A stretch of DNA of 64,000 nt. It comes from Dehalococcoidia bacterium. Its GTDB lineage: Bacteria; Chloroflexota; Dehalococcoidia; Dehalococcoidales; BS750m-G39. The notes under the pieces were generated by a model, which worked only from the letters and a program-made list of their open reading frames with translations, did no database searches and was not told the DNA's origin. Made by a program: the position numbers and the translations under genes. Position 1 is the stretch's first letter. Each line of letters begins with the position of its first letter. The DNA lies in the NCBI GenBank assembly GCA_050123275.1, contig JASFHK010000005.1:9887-73886 (forward strand). The letters run 5' to 3'. This document shows positions 63,325 to 64,000 of this stretch, in pieces.

Positions 63325-64000
63325 ATGGCTGAAAAATCGGTAATCATTATCGGCGCCGGCATCGCCGGGCTTTGCGCCGGCTGCTACACCCGGATGAACG
63401 GCTACCGCACCCAGATGTTCGAAATGCACGATAAGCCGGGCGGGCTTTGTACTGCCTGGGAGCGCAAGGGTTACACCTTCGACCTTTGCATTGACTGGCT
63501 GATGGGTTCCAAGCCGGGCGTTGGTATCTACCCGCTCTGGCAGGAGCTGGGAGCCCTGCCGGGTCAGGAAATAATCAATATGGAACGCTTCTATCGCGTG
63601 GAGACCGTCGACGGCGGGGTAGTCGAGATGTATAACGACATAGACCGCCTGGAAGCACATCTCCTGGAAATAGCTCCGGAGGACGAGAAGACGATAAAAG
63701 AGGTCGCCCGGGCGATACGGCGTTTCACCAAGCTGGACATGTCGGTGGAGAAACCGCCGGAGCTTTCTAATTTCTTCGACGGGATTAAGATGATGTTCAA
63801 GATGCTCCCCTTTATGGGCGACTTCCGCAAGTGGGGCAAGATGACGATGGATGAATTCGTCCAACGTTTTAAGAATCCGCGGCTACGGAGCGCCTGGAAA
63901 ATTATGCCACCGGAAATGAGTGGCACGGCGATGGTGATAACCATGGCCGGCTTCGACCAGAAGTCGCAGGGCTACCCCATCGGTGGTTCGCTGCCCTTCG
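63325..64000 (+). CDS. NAD(P)/FAD-dependent oxidoreductase, phytoene desaturase (CrtI)-like; 3' end outside window
   Basis: This gene is not in the supplied ORF track because it runs off the end; I translated it by hand. It reads MAEKSVIIIGAGIAGLCAGCYTRMNGYRTQMFEMHDKPGGLCTAWERKGYTFD..., with a GxGxxG dinucleotide-binding motif. AGGAGG lies upstream. Confidence 0.75.
   Translation, partial: MAEKSVIIIGAGIAGLCAGCYTRMNGYRTQMFEMHDKPGGLCTAWERKGYTFDLCIDWLMGSKPGVGIYPLWQELGALPGQEIINMERFYRVETVDGGVVEMYNDIDRLEAHLLEIAPEDEKTIKEVARAIRRFTKLDMSVEKPPELSNFFDGIKMMFKMLPFMGDFRKWGKMTMDEFVQRFKNPRLRSAWKIMPPEMSGTAMVITMAGFDQKSQGYPIGGSLPF

Noticed and set aside
1-64000. I looked for CRISPR arrays, rRNA genes, additional tRNAs and IS elements.
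   Set aside because: I saw no regularly spaced direct repeats, no rRNA-like sequence and no transposase-like ORFs. Only one tRNA could be folded.

Overview
This is a high-GC chromosome segment that reads as bacterial. It has TTGACA-N17/18-TATAAT-type promoters, GGAGG Shine-Dalgarno sites, lipobox lipoproteins, a bacterial-type tRNA-Lys with encoded CCA, a TRAP transporter, and DegV and PadR genes. The gene content is reminiscent of an anaerobic Chloroflexota-like organism, but that is inference only. From left to right the window contains:

- **1-10.9 kb:** the 3' end of a cytosolic group-3-like [NiFe]-hydrogenase large subunit, an unusual receiver-domain/GltD-like/ferredoxin fusion, small Fe-S and zinc-ribbon genes, the maturation protease, mvhD, and a complete hypF-C-D-E-A-B set.
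- **11-17.5 kb:** a URO-D-family gene and a GlcD/GlcF/GlcD-like FAD/Fe-S oxidoreductase trio.
- **17.6-28.7 kb:** DUF169, a TRAP transporter, an MBL hydrolase, asnB, and a corrinoid methyltransfer module made of two uninterrupted MttB-family genes plus a B12-binding protein.
- **29.3-34.4 kb:** a three-subunit molybdenum hydroxylase. Its FAD subunit is split by a 4-Cys loop and a GltD-like module.
- **34.5-45.25 kb (the standout):** a ~10.7 kb segment bracketed by direct repeats derived from the 3' end of the adjacent tRNA-Lys and by duplicated terminators. It carries marR, a complete archaeal-type archaellum operon (archaellin, ArlD/E-like, ArlF, ArlG, ArlH, ArlI, ArlJ) and co-operonic surface proteins. 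No integrase is present.
- **45.3-53.1 kb:** tRNA-Lys(CTT), a 2057-aa multi-domain surface protein and an S8 protease.
- **53.3-64 kb:** housekeeping and accessory genes. These are Sir2, a J-domain protein, PadR, two DegV genes, an operon with a methanogen-type ThyA-like gene and a radical SAM gene, PEBP, archease and a CrtI-like oxidoreductase that runs off the window.

No rRNA, CRISPR array, transposase or integrase was seen.
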